DNA from: Candidatus Woesebacteria bacterium
Lineage (GTDB): Bacteria > Patescibacteriota > Microgenomatia > UBA1400 > UBA12028
DNA length: 48,261 nucleotides
Direction: 5' to 3'
NCBI GenBank assembly: GCA_040006915.1
Contig: JBDTWD010000007.1
Coordinates: forward strand, 1-48,261
Each line of letters begins with the position of its first letter. Within the stretch, counting starts at the first letter, position 1. Of the stretch, positions 33,452 to 41,244 are shown piece after piece. A program made the position numbers and the translations under genes. The notes below the pieces were generated by a model, which searched no databases, was not told the origin of the DNA, and saw only the letters and a list, made by a program, of their open reading frames with translations.

Positions 33452-34951
33452 TTATTTTGCATCAATAAATGAGGCAATACGCTTTCGTAGCCCCGACAAA
33501 AATTTTCCGTTATTCTTTCGTTTTTCTCCCTCAGAACGAGCTTTTTGGGCAGCCAAGAAATCTTTGTCAGCGCTGGTTTCTCCTAACTCTGCTTTCGTAT
33601 TCAGTTTGGTTTGTAGCTTTTGAATTCTTTCATCAAGTTTAGCGATAGCTTCAGTTTTTTCTACTAGAGCACCTTGAGAAACTTCCCCACGAAGGAGGGC
33701 ATCGACTGATAAATGAAGTTGTCTTGATTCATATTCTCTTTGGTTTTCGAGGCCTTTGAGATATAAGCTTGTCCCGAGATTGAGTGTATCGAGGACTTTT
33801 TGCGTTACATCCGCACGCTTTTGATAGAGAGTACCCTCTACTTTAAGGTATATGTTTTCTACGGCACCAGTAGCTGTAGCCATATTTCGTTCGAACCCAT
33901 CGGCAATGGTGTTTCGCTTCTGGGCGATCATTACACCAATATTGTCGATCCTGTATTCCACGTATCCAACAGATCGGTCGAAAGCTGCTTTCGTGTGTTC
34001 GGGTAATGCGTGGAGAGTTCCAACAACTGCTCCTGCTGTATCAACTGAATTTTGAACAAATGTTACAAATGTTTCAGCTCCCTTGTCTTTCTTAGCTTTA
34101 GCTGCAGCTTGGCGTTCAGCAATTTTCTTTGCTCGTTCTTCCACTTTTGTATCTCTCACTTCTGCTTTTCTCTCCCAAGCTCTGAGGTTTGCACTTGCGG
34201 TGGGAGTCGCTTCTGGAGAAGGAGGCTGAGCTCCTGGAGTTGAATTTCTTTGGGCTTCTAATGCTTGTAGAGTACTTCTTAAAGTGTTGAGTCTGGTTTC
34301 GTATCTGGTTCTCATTTCATCCCCAACTGGGAGAGCATTTACGTAGACCTCATTTTCCTGAATATCGGCTTGCACAGTTGCGATTTCACGTTCGAGTGGA
34401 GGGGTCGTAGGCTCAACTTCTGTCTGGATAGCGTCAACTGCTGGGGCCGCAGGTATAACTTCAGGTGTGGCAGCAGTTTCAGCTCTTGGTACAGCCAGAT
34501 TGGGATACCTTACTTCTTGATTCGTGCTGGGTTGTGTGCCTGCGCTCGCAAAAGTCGTCAAATCCGGATCTGGAAGTTCTCTTGTTGCGTCGGTATTGAG
34601 AGTGTCTGGAAGAAGGCTTTCTAAACTTGGTAATTCATCATCATCGGAGGGCTTGGGGGCTTGAGTTTCCTGATATTGTTTTAGGCGACTTTTTTCTGGA
34701 GGGGCCGATTGTGTTTCACTACTTGGGGCAGTGATACTCGCAAATTTAGCAGCTATACGTTCTTTATCTTTTGCGATTTTTTCAGTCTCAGAAGTTGTCT
34801 CACCATTCGTTGGAGTGGATGGAGCTCTTTTTAATATCCAATCCTTAAAAAAACTTCTCGCAGATTTTCGTTCAGAGGGTGGAGTACTTTGATCGTTTGT
34901 TTCTTTTCGAAGATCTTTCAGTTTTGGAGGTTGCGAATCTTGAGGTTCCAT
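33452..34951 (-). CDS. hypothetical protein with a disordered Pro/Ser/Thr/Glu-rich N-half and a helical C-half
   Basis: Trimmed to ATG 34951 (MEPQDSQPPK). The longer track version would overlap the divergent gene. An AAGGA SD lies 5 nt upstream, and TGCTATAAT lies further upstream. Confidence 0.6.
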   Translation of the reverse strand: MEPQDSQPPKLKDLRKETNDQSTPPSERKSARSFFKDWILKRAPSTPTNGETTSETEKIAKDKERIAAKFASITAPSSETQSAPPEKSRLKQYQETQAPKPSDDDELPSLESLLPDTLNTDATRELPDPDLTTFASAGTQPSTNQEVRYPNLAVPRAETAATPEVIPAAPAVDAIQTEVEPTTPPLEREIATVQADIQENEVYVNALPVGDEMRTRYETRLNTLRSTLQALEAQRNSTPGAQPPSPEATPTASANLRAWERKAEVRDTKVEERAKKIAERQAAAKAKKDKGAETFVTFVQNSVDTAGAVVGTLHALPEHTKAAFDRSVGYVEYRIDNIGVMIAQKRNTIADGFERNMATATGAVENIYLKVEGTLYQKRADVTQKVLDTLNLGTSLYLKGLENQREYESRQLHLSVDALLRGEVSQGALVEKTEAIAKLDERIQKLQTKLNTKAELGETSADKDFLAAQKARSEGEKRKNNGKFLSGLRKRIASFIDAK

Positions 34952-34981
34952 AAAAATCCTTTTGTTCAAATATGAGGCACA

Positions 34982-34990
34982 ATTATAGCA
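34982..34990 (-). promoter_or_regulatory. extended -10 promoter TGCTATAAT for the 33452..34951 operon (leadered, with SD)
   Basis: Minus-strand TGCTATAAT about 30 nt upstream of ATG 34951, with an AAGGA SD in between. Confidence 0.45.
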
Positions 34991-35072
34991 TTTCTCTCTC
35001 TTCACTATGGCAGGAGCCAAATGTAAGATCAAGTGGACGGATTTTCGGGTAGGAAAATGGGGAAGGTTTGGG

Positions 35073-35084
35073 TAGTATAGAGGA
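35073..35084 (+). promoter_or_regulatory. -10-like TAGTAT, 6 nt upstream of the GTG start of the SpoIID-like gene
   Basis: TAGTAT-AGAGGA-GTG. Confidence 0.35.
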
Positions 35085-36824
35085 GTGAAACGAACCCGTT
35101 TTTTTCTAGCGTTCATTTTTGTCTGTCTTCTTACCTTGAGTATAGGTTTTGGAAAGTTCTCGGGGATTGTGTTTGCTGATCAAATTGATGATCTCCAACA
35201 CCAGATTGATGATTTGGCACATTTAAAGCAGCTCTCAGAAGCCGCTACCACTCCGTTGGAAAAGCAAGTTGCTGATCTAGATGCAAAAATTAAGAGTGCC
35301 CAAGCAGGGATTCTCTCTGCACAAAAGCAATCTGAAGAAGCGGGGAAACAAATCCAGATTCGTGATGCCAATATAGGGACAACGTATTCACTTTTTTCAG
35401 CTCGAGTTGCAGATCGGTATCGCACCCAACGACAAATTGATCCGTTCATGATTGTGCTTGCCAGTCAGGACTTGGCAACCATGACGAACGCCTTGACCTA
35501 TCAGTTCCAGGCGGCTCAACGTGATTCATTAGAATTAAAACGATTGGCAACTGAAATTTCCTCTTTGGAAGTGGATAAGAAAAAATATGAAGAGACCAAA
35601 GTGAAATTGGCAGCCATGCAAAAGACTTTGGACAGCAGTGCCACGTTCTTTAAAGGAGAGATTAACAAAGCCAAAAAATATCAGCAAGAACTGGCTGGGA
35701 AAATTGCGGCTCTCTCCGCCCAACAGCAAGCAATCTTGGCTGAGCGTAGCGGAACGGCGACCACTACTGTGGGTGATGTGCCATTAGCTGACGATCCTGC
35801 CAGTCAAGTCAGTTATAATCCAGGATTCTCTCCTGCCTACGCAGTGTTTTCTTTCGGAGCCCCCCATTTTAAAGGATTATCTCAATATGGTGCATATGGA
35901 CGGGCTAAGTCTGGTCAGAACGCGGAAGCCATTCTCCAAGCGTATTACGGTGGAGCCGAACTGAAGAAAGACTACAACACAGGAGTTAACATCAGTGTTC
36001 AAGGATATGGATCAGTAGATATTGAAACGTATACCAAGCGTATTTATGAAATGCCTTCTTCCTGGGGAGATTCTGGTGGATTTGAAGCCCTTAAAGCGCA
36101 AGCCGTAGCCGCTCGAACCTATGCACTTTCCTATACAAATAACGGCAGCAAAAGTATATGTGCCACTGAAAGCTGTCAGGTCTATAAACCCAGTAACAAG
36201 GGAGGGAAGTGGGATGAAGCCGTGAATGCCACCCGCGGTTGGGTGTTAGTGAAAGGTGGGCAACCGATTTCAGCTTTGTATGCTTCAACCTCTGGAGGAT
36301 ATCAGCAAAGTTACACCACTCAAGGGTATTCAACCCCGGGATTTTGGGATACGACCAGTGATTGGAGTCGGTGGGCAGAGGGAGCGTACGAAGGAAAAGG
36401 GAAAGGGAATAGTCCATGGTTTTATAAAGCCTGGTACAAAAGCCGTAGTGGGGACAGCTGTGGAAGAAGTCATCCCTGGCTTACCCAAGCCGAATTTGCT
36501 GATATCTTGAATGCTTGGGTAGTACGAGAGAAAGGATCGAGTGGGGATGTCGGACGAGTCACTCCAATCGGAAGTTGTAATGGAGGGAATCCGTTTAGTT
36601 TGGATGAGATGAAAAACAAAGCCAATGAATTAGGAGGAGCGTTTACATCTGTCTCCAGTGTCCGAGTGGAACACGGAAGTAATGGTTTCACCAAAAATGT
36701 GGTTTTGGACACCAATAAGGGGTCTGTTACTATTCCTGGTGCAGAATTTAAAACCGCTTTTAACTTGCGCGCACCTGGTCGAATCTCAGTGAAGGGCAAC
36801 TTGTTTGGGATTGAAAAGAAGTAG
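35085..36824 (+). CDS. SpoIID/LytB-domain protein with an N-terminal coiled coil
   Basis: GTG start, signal/anchor FFLAFIFVCLLTLSIGFG, heptad-like region. SpoIID motifs GLSQYGAYGRA, ALKAQAVAARTYAL, CATESCQVY, ALYASTSGGY. Confidence 0.85.
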   Translation: MKRTRFFLAFIFVCLLTLSIGFGKFSGIVFADQIDDLQHQIDDLAHLKQLSEAATTPLEKQVADLDAKIKSAQAGILSAQKQSEEAGKQIQIRDANIGTTYSLFSARVADRYRTQRQIDPFMIVLASQDLATMTNALTYQFQAAQRDSLELKRLATEISSLEVDKKKYEETKVKLAAMQKTLDSSATFFKGEINKAKKYQQELAGKIAALSAQQQAILAERSGTATTTVGDVPLADDPASQVSYNPGFSPAYAVFSFGAPHFKGLSQYGAYGRAKSGQNAEAILQAYYGGAELKKDYNTGVNISVQGYGSVDIETYTKRIYEMPSSWGDSGGFEALKAQAVAARTYALSYTNNGSKSICATESCQVYKPSNKGGKWDEAVNATRGWVLVKGGQPISALYASTSGGYQQSYTTQGYSTPGFWDTTSDWSRWAEGAYEGKGKGNSPWFYKAWYKSRSGDSCGRSHPWLTQAEFADILNAWVVREKGSSGDVGRVTPIGSCNGGNPFSLDEMKNKANELGGAFTSVSSVRVEHGSNGFTKNVVLDTNKGSVTIPGAEFKTAFNLRAPGRISVKGNLFGIEKK

Positions 36825-36826
36825 GG

Positions 36827-36838
36827 TATAATTCCCTC
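36827..36838 (+). promoter_or_regulatory. -10 box TATAAT, 6 nt upstream of ATG 36839
   Basis: GGGTATAAT-TCCCTC-ATG. Confidence 0.45.
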
Positions 36839-37525
36839 ATGCCTGAGATCTTCAATAGTGCGAATACCCGCGTGTCAAACCCCCAGCCAAAGCGGCGGTC
36901 CCGCAAAGAAAATGTCACTGAAGCAGAGAAGTACAGTTCAATCTTGCGTACCGCAACTGGAGCAGGGAACGTGTTTTCGGCGTATTGTCCCAAACCTTCA
37001 GGAGTGACCTTTGATCTCCAGCATGATGATGAGCCCGTGCTTTTAATCCTACGTCAACATCCGATTGTTAATATCCCCTGGATTTTGATCACGCTGTTTT
37101 TGAGTATCGCCCCTGTCATCTTCCTTCCTCTTGTTCCGGTTTTACAATTTTTCCCTGGACGATTTGGAAGTTTAGCTATTTTGGGATGGTATACCATTGT
37201 TTTAGGCTACGCACTCGAACAATTTTTAATTTGGTTTTTTAATATCTACATCATTACGGATGAGCGAATCATCGATGTTGATTTTTACAATTTGCTGTTT
37301 AAAAAAGTCAGTGAAGCAAAAATCGAAAACATTGAAGATATCACTACTTCAAACAATGGGTTCTTGCAGTCAATTGTGGATTACGGAGATATCCGGATTC
37401 AGACCGCTGCTGAGATTCCAGAAATCGAATTTGAACGTGTTCCCCATCCAGACAAGGTCCAAAAGTTCTTAAGTGAAATGATCGACCAAGAAGAACAAGA
37501 GAAAATAGAGGGGAGGGTCAGATAA
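36839..37525 (+). CDS. membrane protein with a bacterial PH (YdbS/YdbT-like) domain
   Basis: Two TM helices followed by IYIITDERIIDVDFYNLLFKKVSEAKIENIEDITT...GDIRIQTA. Confidence 0.65.
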   Translation: MPEIFNSANTRVSNPQPKRRSRKENVTEAEKYSSILRTATGAGNVFSAYCPKPSGVTFDLQHDDEPVLLILRQHPIVNIPWILITLFLSIAPVIFLPLVPVLQFFPGRFGSLAILGWYTIVLGYALEQFLIWFFNIYIITDERIIDVDFYNLLFKKVSEAKIENIEDITTSNNGFLQSIVDYGDIRIQTAAEIPEIEFERVPHPDKVQKFLSEMIDQEEQEKIEGRVR

Positions 37526-37526
37526 T

Positions 37527-37796
37527 ATGCCTACCGCAGTCCCCCAAATTTTAGGTGCAGTCTTTGATCCCTCGAGTCCGTTCTTGTTTTCGGGAGCGTT
37601 CCTCCTGACTGTTTTGCGATTTATGTTTTTGATTGGTTTTGGACTTTACATCATTTTCGCGTTCGCCGTGATCCGGCAAATTGCATTGATGACTAGAACT
37701 TTAAAAACTGGTGCGAACGTGTTCGTTCATTTGTTAGGATGGATTCATTTTGGAGTAGCGGTGGTCATTTGGTTGGTGGCTTTTTTCGTACTGTAG
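37527..37796 (+). CDS. small two/three-TM membrane protein
   Basis: 89-aa hydrophobic ORF starting 1 nt after the previous stop. Confidence 0.55.
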   Translation: MPTAVPQILGAVFDPSSPFLFSGAFLLTVLRFMFLIGFGLYIIFAFAVIRQIALMTRTLKTGANVFVHLLGWIHFGVAVVIWLVAFFVL

Positions 37797-37816
37797 TCAA
37801 GTGAGCAGTGACACGC

Positions 37817-37828
37817 TATTATGGGAAG
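37817..37828 (+). promoter_or_regulatory. -10-like TATTAT, 6 nt upstream of ATG 37829
   Basis: TATTAT-GGGAAG-ATG. Confidence 0.35.
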
Positions 37829-39637
37829 ATGCAGTATCCGCATACAATATTAGTCGGAATCCCAACCCAGGAAATTTGGTCAGTCGCGCGGGTAGTTAGC
37901 CGTGATGACCGCACCTTCATTCTCACGTTGACTGTCCATTCTCAGACTCCAGAACCTTCAGAAATGGGGAAACGATATTTGGAAGAACTTCTGACGTGGT
38001 TTGATGGCAGTCCGACGTTTGAAGCCGCTACTGATTTTCTCTCACGCTATGTCTTTCCGCCTGAGTGTTGTGCTGCCTTTGCTTTTATCGATCAAGAACG
38101 AACGCTTTTTTATGTCTTTGGACCAGCTAAAGTATGTATCAAACGAGCCGGCTCATATTTGTCCATTATCGAAGGAGCAATACAGCCACAATGTGTGAAA
38201 GGAACACTGTTCCCAGCCGATATATTGGTGATAGGAACCCGAGTCTTTTTTGATACGTATGAATCAACATTATCCGAGGCTTCCGATCCATTAGAAGCTG
38301 CCCAAAAACTACTGTCTCAAACCCAGACTCATGAGATGGCCGATATTTGTGGTTGTGTCTTTTCTTTTTCTAAAGAACATATAGAAGCAGCAACCCCAGA
38401 AGTCGTGCAGGATAGCGGTCCATTTGTCCCACAAAAACAAATAGAGATTCAACGTAGCGAATCTATACGGCAGCCTTTGGCGAGCAAACGCAAACGCGTG
38501 TTTGTCTGGCTCTCGGTTTCGCCTACTCGCAGGAAAGCGCTCAAACTGGTAGTGGCTGGATTACTACTGATTGGAATTTTCTTGTCTGTGCAGAGGTTTG
38601 TGTTATATAGACGAGAAATGAGGATTAAAAGTGCGGTTACTCCACTTCAAACACGATATGATCAAATTGGATCGGATAATCCACCTCGGGTCGAGAAAGA
38701 ACGGTTATTAGGTGACTTGTTAAATGATGTTGGTGAAGCTGCCAAAACCGCGGCATCTGACCCTGCCACCAGTAGCAAGTTGTTTTCCTTGCGAGAAAAG
38801 GTTCTTGATTCCTACCAGCAAGTATCCAAACAAACCCAAGTAGAACATCTCTCCATTTTTTATGATTTCCGTTTAGTAACGGCAGACTTTGTGGCCTCCC
38901 AAGTTGCCTACGATGTTCCAGGGAAATTGGCGGTATTTTTAGATACCAACCGGAATCGCATGGTGTCATTATCACTGGAAAAGAAACAACCTCAAACATT
39001 ATCATTAAATTCTGATTTAGGAGCAGCAGTCTCAGTGACCATCGTCGACCGGAAAGCCTATGTTCTGGGAACGAAAGGAATCTATGAGGTCTCTTTACCG
39101 CTCGACACTGCCGGGAAAAACATCGTTGAAGCATCAAGTGATTGGCAAGAACCAAAGATGATTGGCAGTTTTGCTACTAATCTCTATGTGGTTGATAGGG
39201 AAGCCCGTCAAATCTTCCGTTATGATCGCAGTGACCCCGCTGCATCGCCATCAGCATGGCTCAAACGTAAAGAAGGAATTGATTTTGGATCTTTAAACTC
39301 TCTGGCTATTGATGGCGATATTTTCTTAAGTACTACTCAAGGGAAAATCAACAAGTTAACCCGTGGAGAGCCAGTCGGCTTTTCGTTGACTGATCTCTTA
39401 AAAGTTCCTGATTCTTCTCTGGTAGTTTATACCGATGAAGAATCACCGTATTTGTATTTCTTAGAACCACACGCTAAACGAATCTTCATTACCGATAAGT
39501 CGGGGCAATATGTGATGTCAATTGTCAGTCAGGATTTGGAAGCTGCAACTGGTTTGATTGTCGATGAAGAGGGGAAAAAGATCTATGTACTAGCTGGCAG
39601 CTTAGTTTACGAAGTTTCCTTTATAATACCCTCATGA
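37829..39637 (+). CDS. hypothetical bitopic membrane protein (~600 aa) with a beta-rich C-terminal half
   Basis: Central TM helix LKLVVAGLLLIGIFLSVQRFVL. I prefer ATG 37829 to GTG 37808 because TATTAT lies 6 nt upstream. Confidence 0.65.
   Translation: MQYPHTILVGIPTQEIWSVARVVSRDDRTFILTLTVHSQTPEPSEMGKRYLEELLTWFDGSPTFEAATDFLSRYVFPPECCAAFAFIDQERTLFYVFGPAKVCIKRAGSYLSIIEGAIQPQCVKGTLFPADILVIGTRVFFDTYESTLSEASDPLEAAQKLLSQTQTHEMADICGCVFSFSKEHIEAATPEVVQDSGPFVPQKQIEIQRSESIRQPLASKRKRVFVWLSVSPTRRKALKLVVAGLLLIGIFLSVQRFVLYRREMRIKSAVTPLQTRYDQIGSDNPPRVEKERLLGDLLNDVGEAAKTAASDPATSSKLFSLREKVLDSYQQVSKQTQVEHLSIFYDFRLVTADFVASQVAYDVPGKLAVFLDTNRNRMVSLSLEKKQPQTLSLNSDLGAAVSVTIVDRKAYVLGTKGIYEVSLPLDTAGKNIVEASSDWQEPKMIGSFATNLYVVDREARQIFRYDRSDPAASPSAWLKRKEGIDFGSLNSLAIDGDIFLSTTQGKINKLTRGEPVGFSLTDLLKVPDSSLVVYTDEESPYLYFLEPHAKRIFITDKSGQYVMSIVSQDLEAATGLIVDEEGKKIYVLAGSLVYEVSFIIPS
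39622..39633 (+). promoter_or_regulatory. -10 box TATAAT, 6 nt upstream of the smpB ATG
   Basis: TATAAT-ACCCTC-ATG. It lies inside the 3' end of the upstream gene. Confidence 0.4.
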
Positions 39638-40080
39638 CCCCTTTGATTGAGAATCGAAAAGCCCGTCGTGACTATGCCATCCTTGACACACTAGAAGCAG
39701 GGATTGTTTTGTCGGGCCAGGAAGTGAAATCGCTGCGTGCCAAGCGTGCAAATATCTCGGAAGCGTTTGTTCGAGTCCTTTCTAATGAAGTGTTTTTGGT
39801 GAATGCTCACATTCAACCACTGTTAACTGTAGCCCATGTTGAATATGAACCTACGCAGTCACGAAAGCTTCTGTTAAAGAAGAAACAAATCAAGGATTTA
39901 GAAGTGGCCTTACATACCAAAGGACTAACTGCAGTGCCATTGATGATTGGATTACAGAAAAACTATATTAAAGTGTTGGTTGGGATTGGAAAAGGAAAGA
40001 AGGTGTACGAACGAAAAGAGGAATTAAAGAAACGTGATTTAAAACGAGAAGAATCCCGAGAGTTACGCGGGAAAAGATAA
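39634..40080 (+). CDS. smpB: SsrA-binding protein SmpB
   Basis: IENRKARRDYAILDTLEAGIVLSGQEVKSLR...EPTQSRKLLLKKKQI plus a basic C-tail. Confidence 0.95.
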   Translation: MTPLIENRKARRDYAILDTLEAGIVLSGQEVKSLRAKRANISEAFVRVLSNEVFLVNAHIQPLLTVAHVEYEPTQSRKLLLKKKQIKDLEVALHTKGLTAVPLMIGLQKNYIKVLVGIGKGKKVYERKEELKKRDLKREESRELRGKR

Positions 40081-40110
40081 CTTTTATCCCCGTACATTTT
40101 TCATATGGTG

Positions 40111-40508
40111 TGGAGATGCCGAGATTGAACTCGGGTCCGTATATGAACAATCACATCGTCTACACACGTAGAGTATTCTTGATAAAGTCTGAGCGGTGAA
40201 TTTTCAAGCCGTACTCAGACATCTCTCATCAAAGGTTTCCACAAGTCGGATGAGATACGTCTTGTGTAACACACTGACTGTGTTTCCATCTAAACCCTGA
40301 CGCCAGTGAGATAAAGGTCTAGATGCCAACATTAGCCGGTAAAGGCGTACTGTGGAGCAGCGAACAAACTTGCAATAGAATTGAAAGCGTTCGTTACTGT
40401 ATTGCGAACAGAAGTTGCAATTATGTTTTTGGCTCTGTTTTACGTCTTCTCTAGCCAAAGACGGTGTGCAGATGTGAAAGAACGATACACGTCGAAACGT
40501 ACATCCCC
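40111..40508 (-). ncRNA. ssrA: tmRNA (SsrA)
   Basis: The minus strand reads 5' GGGGATGTACGTTTCGACG... and ends ...GGACCCGAGTTCAATCTCGGCATCTCCA. The 5' GGGGATG pairs with the 3' CATCTCC, including a G3:U pair as in tRNA-Ala. PK1 is CGTCTT-TGGCT..-AAGACG...AGCCA. An A-rich tract precedes GCA at 40418. CCA is not encoded. It lies next to smpB. Confidence 0.85.
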
Positions 40509-40527
40509 AATATCGTGTATTATACCA
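40509..40527 (-). promoter_or_regulatory. extended -10 promoter TGGTATAAT for the tmRNA
   Basis: Minus strand reads TGGTATAAT-ACACGATATT-GGGGATG, placing the -10 box 10 nt upstream of the mature 5' end. Confidence 0.5.
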
Positions 40528-40630
40528 CTTTTTCTTCTTTTTCGCCTCGACTAAACACCTACTTCATTCCTTCATCAGTTACTCTAAAAAGAGAGATTTC
40601 TCTGGCCTTTTCAGCTTTTCCAAGGAGTGA

Positions 40631-40929
40631 TCGTGTGCGCAGGGCATCTGCGTCGCTATCCGAATCTATGACTTCTCCCATGAGAAAACAGATTTCTCCA
40701 TGGATATAGGCGACGTAGAGGTTTCTAAAGTCCTCAAGAAGGTGCTGAGGTTTTTCAAAGAGGTAAACTTTTGATGAAAATGAATACCCACCAAGTAGTC
40801 GTTAAGAACGCTACTGGAGCTGGAGATACTTTTGCAGGAGCATATATTGCTACTTGGGAAAAAACTAAAGATCTGCAAGTCTCATTAAAATCTGCTATTG
40901 AAGCGGCCACAAATTTTATTAGTCAGTAG
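40631..40929 (+). pseudogene. remnant of a PfkB-family (ribokinase-like) sugar kinase, 3' end only, with a frameshift
   Basis: 40774-40929 encodes MKMNTHQVVVKNATGAGDTFAGAYIATWEK...ATNFISQ*. This carries the PfkB signature-2 GAGD motif with the usual Asp replaced by Asn. A different frame upstream (40631-40771) gives a weak kinase-like continuation ending in TGA. The N-terminal ~250 aa are missing. Confidence 0.5.
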
Positions 40930-41014
40930 GTACTTTAGTCGTTGACGATAAAACCTAGATACCATCTTACGCTCAAAGGTATTAGATGGATTTATCAGAG
41001 CTTTTCGATACTTG

Positions 41015-41101
41015 CGGAGAGGGTGGGATTCGAACCCACGAAGAGCTTTCACCCTTAGTAGTTTTCAGGACTACCGCACTAGACCACTATGCGACCTCTC
41101 C
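41015..41101 (-). tRNA. type-II tRNA, Ser-like, anticodon UGA by hand fold (anticodon loop CCUGAAA)
   Basis: GGAGAGG-TC-GCA-TAGTGGTCTAG-TGC-G-GTAGT-CCTGAAA-ACTAC-(18-nt variable arm)-GTGGG-TTCGAAT-CCCAC-CCTCTCC-G. CCA is not encoded. Confidence 0.8.
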
Positions 41102-41190
41102 AGATAAGCTCTTATTTTACCAGAGTTTTCCTGATTTGCGTCCTTTTTGCTCTGGTGGTAAACTACACCCGTAGTGAAAGTGAATGATAA

Positions 41191-41212
41191 GGTGGGACTC
41201 CCACCTTTTTTT
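41191..41212 (+). terminator. intrinsic terminator-like hairpin in the nusA leader (possible attenuator)
   Basis: GGTGGG-ACT-CCCACC followed by TTTTTTT, 32 nt upstream of the nusA ATG. No plus-strand gene ends immediately upstream. Confidence 0.5.
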
Positions 41213-41244
41213 AAAGCTAAATACAAGTAATAAAGGGGAAAAAT

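Noticed and set aside
34952-35116. The N-terminal extension of track ORF 33452..35116
   Set aside because: It would overlap the divergent SpoIID-like gene start and its promoter. ATG 34951 has an SD and an extended -10 promoter upstream.
40204-40709. ORFs of 84 aa (minus) and 81 aa (plus) downstream of smpB
   Set aside because: The first lies entirely within the tmRNA. The second spans the tmRNA 5' end, its promoter and the decayed kinase region.
40986-41174. A 62-aa plus-strand ORF
   Set aside because: It is antisense to, and mostly consists of, the type-II tRNA gene at 41015-41101.
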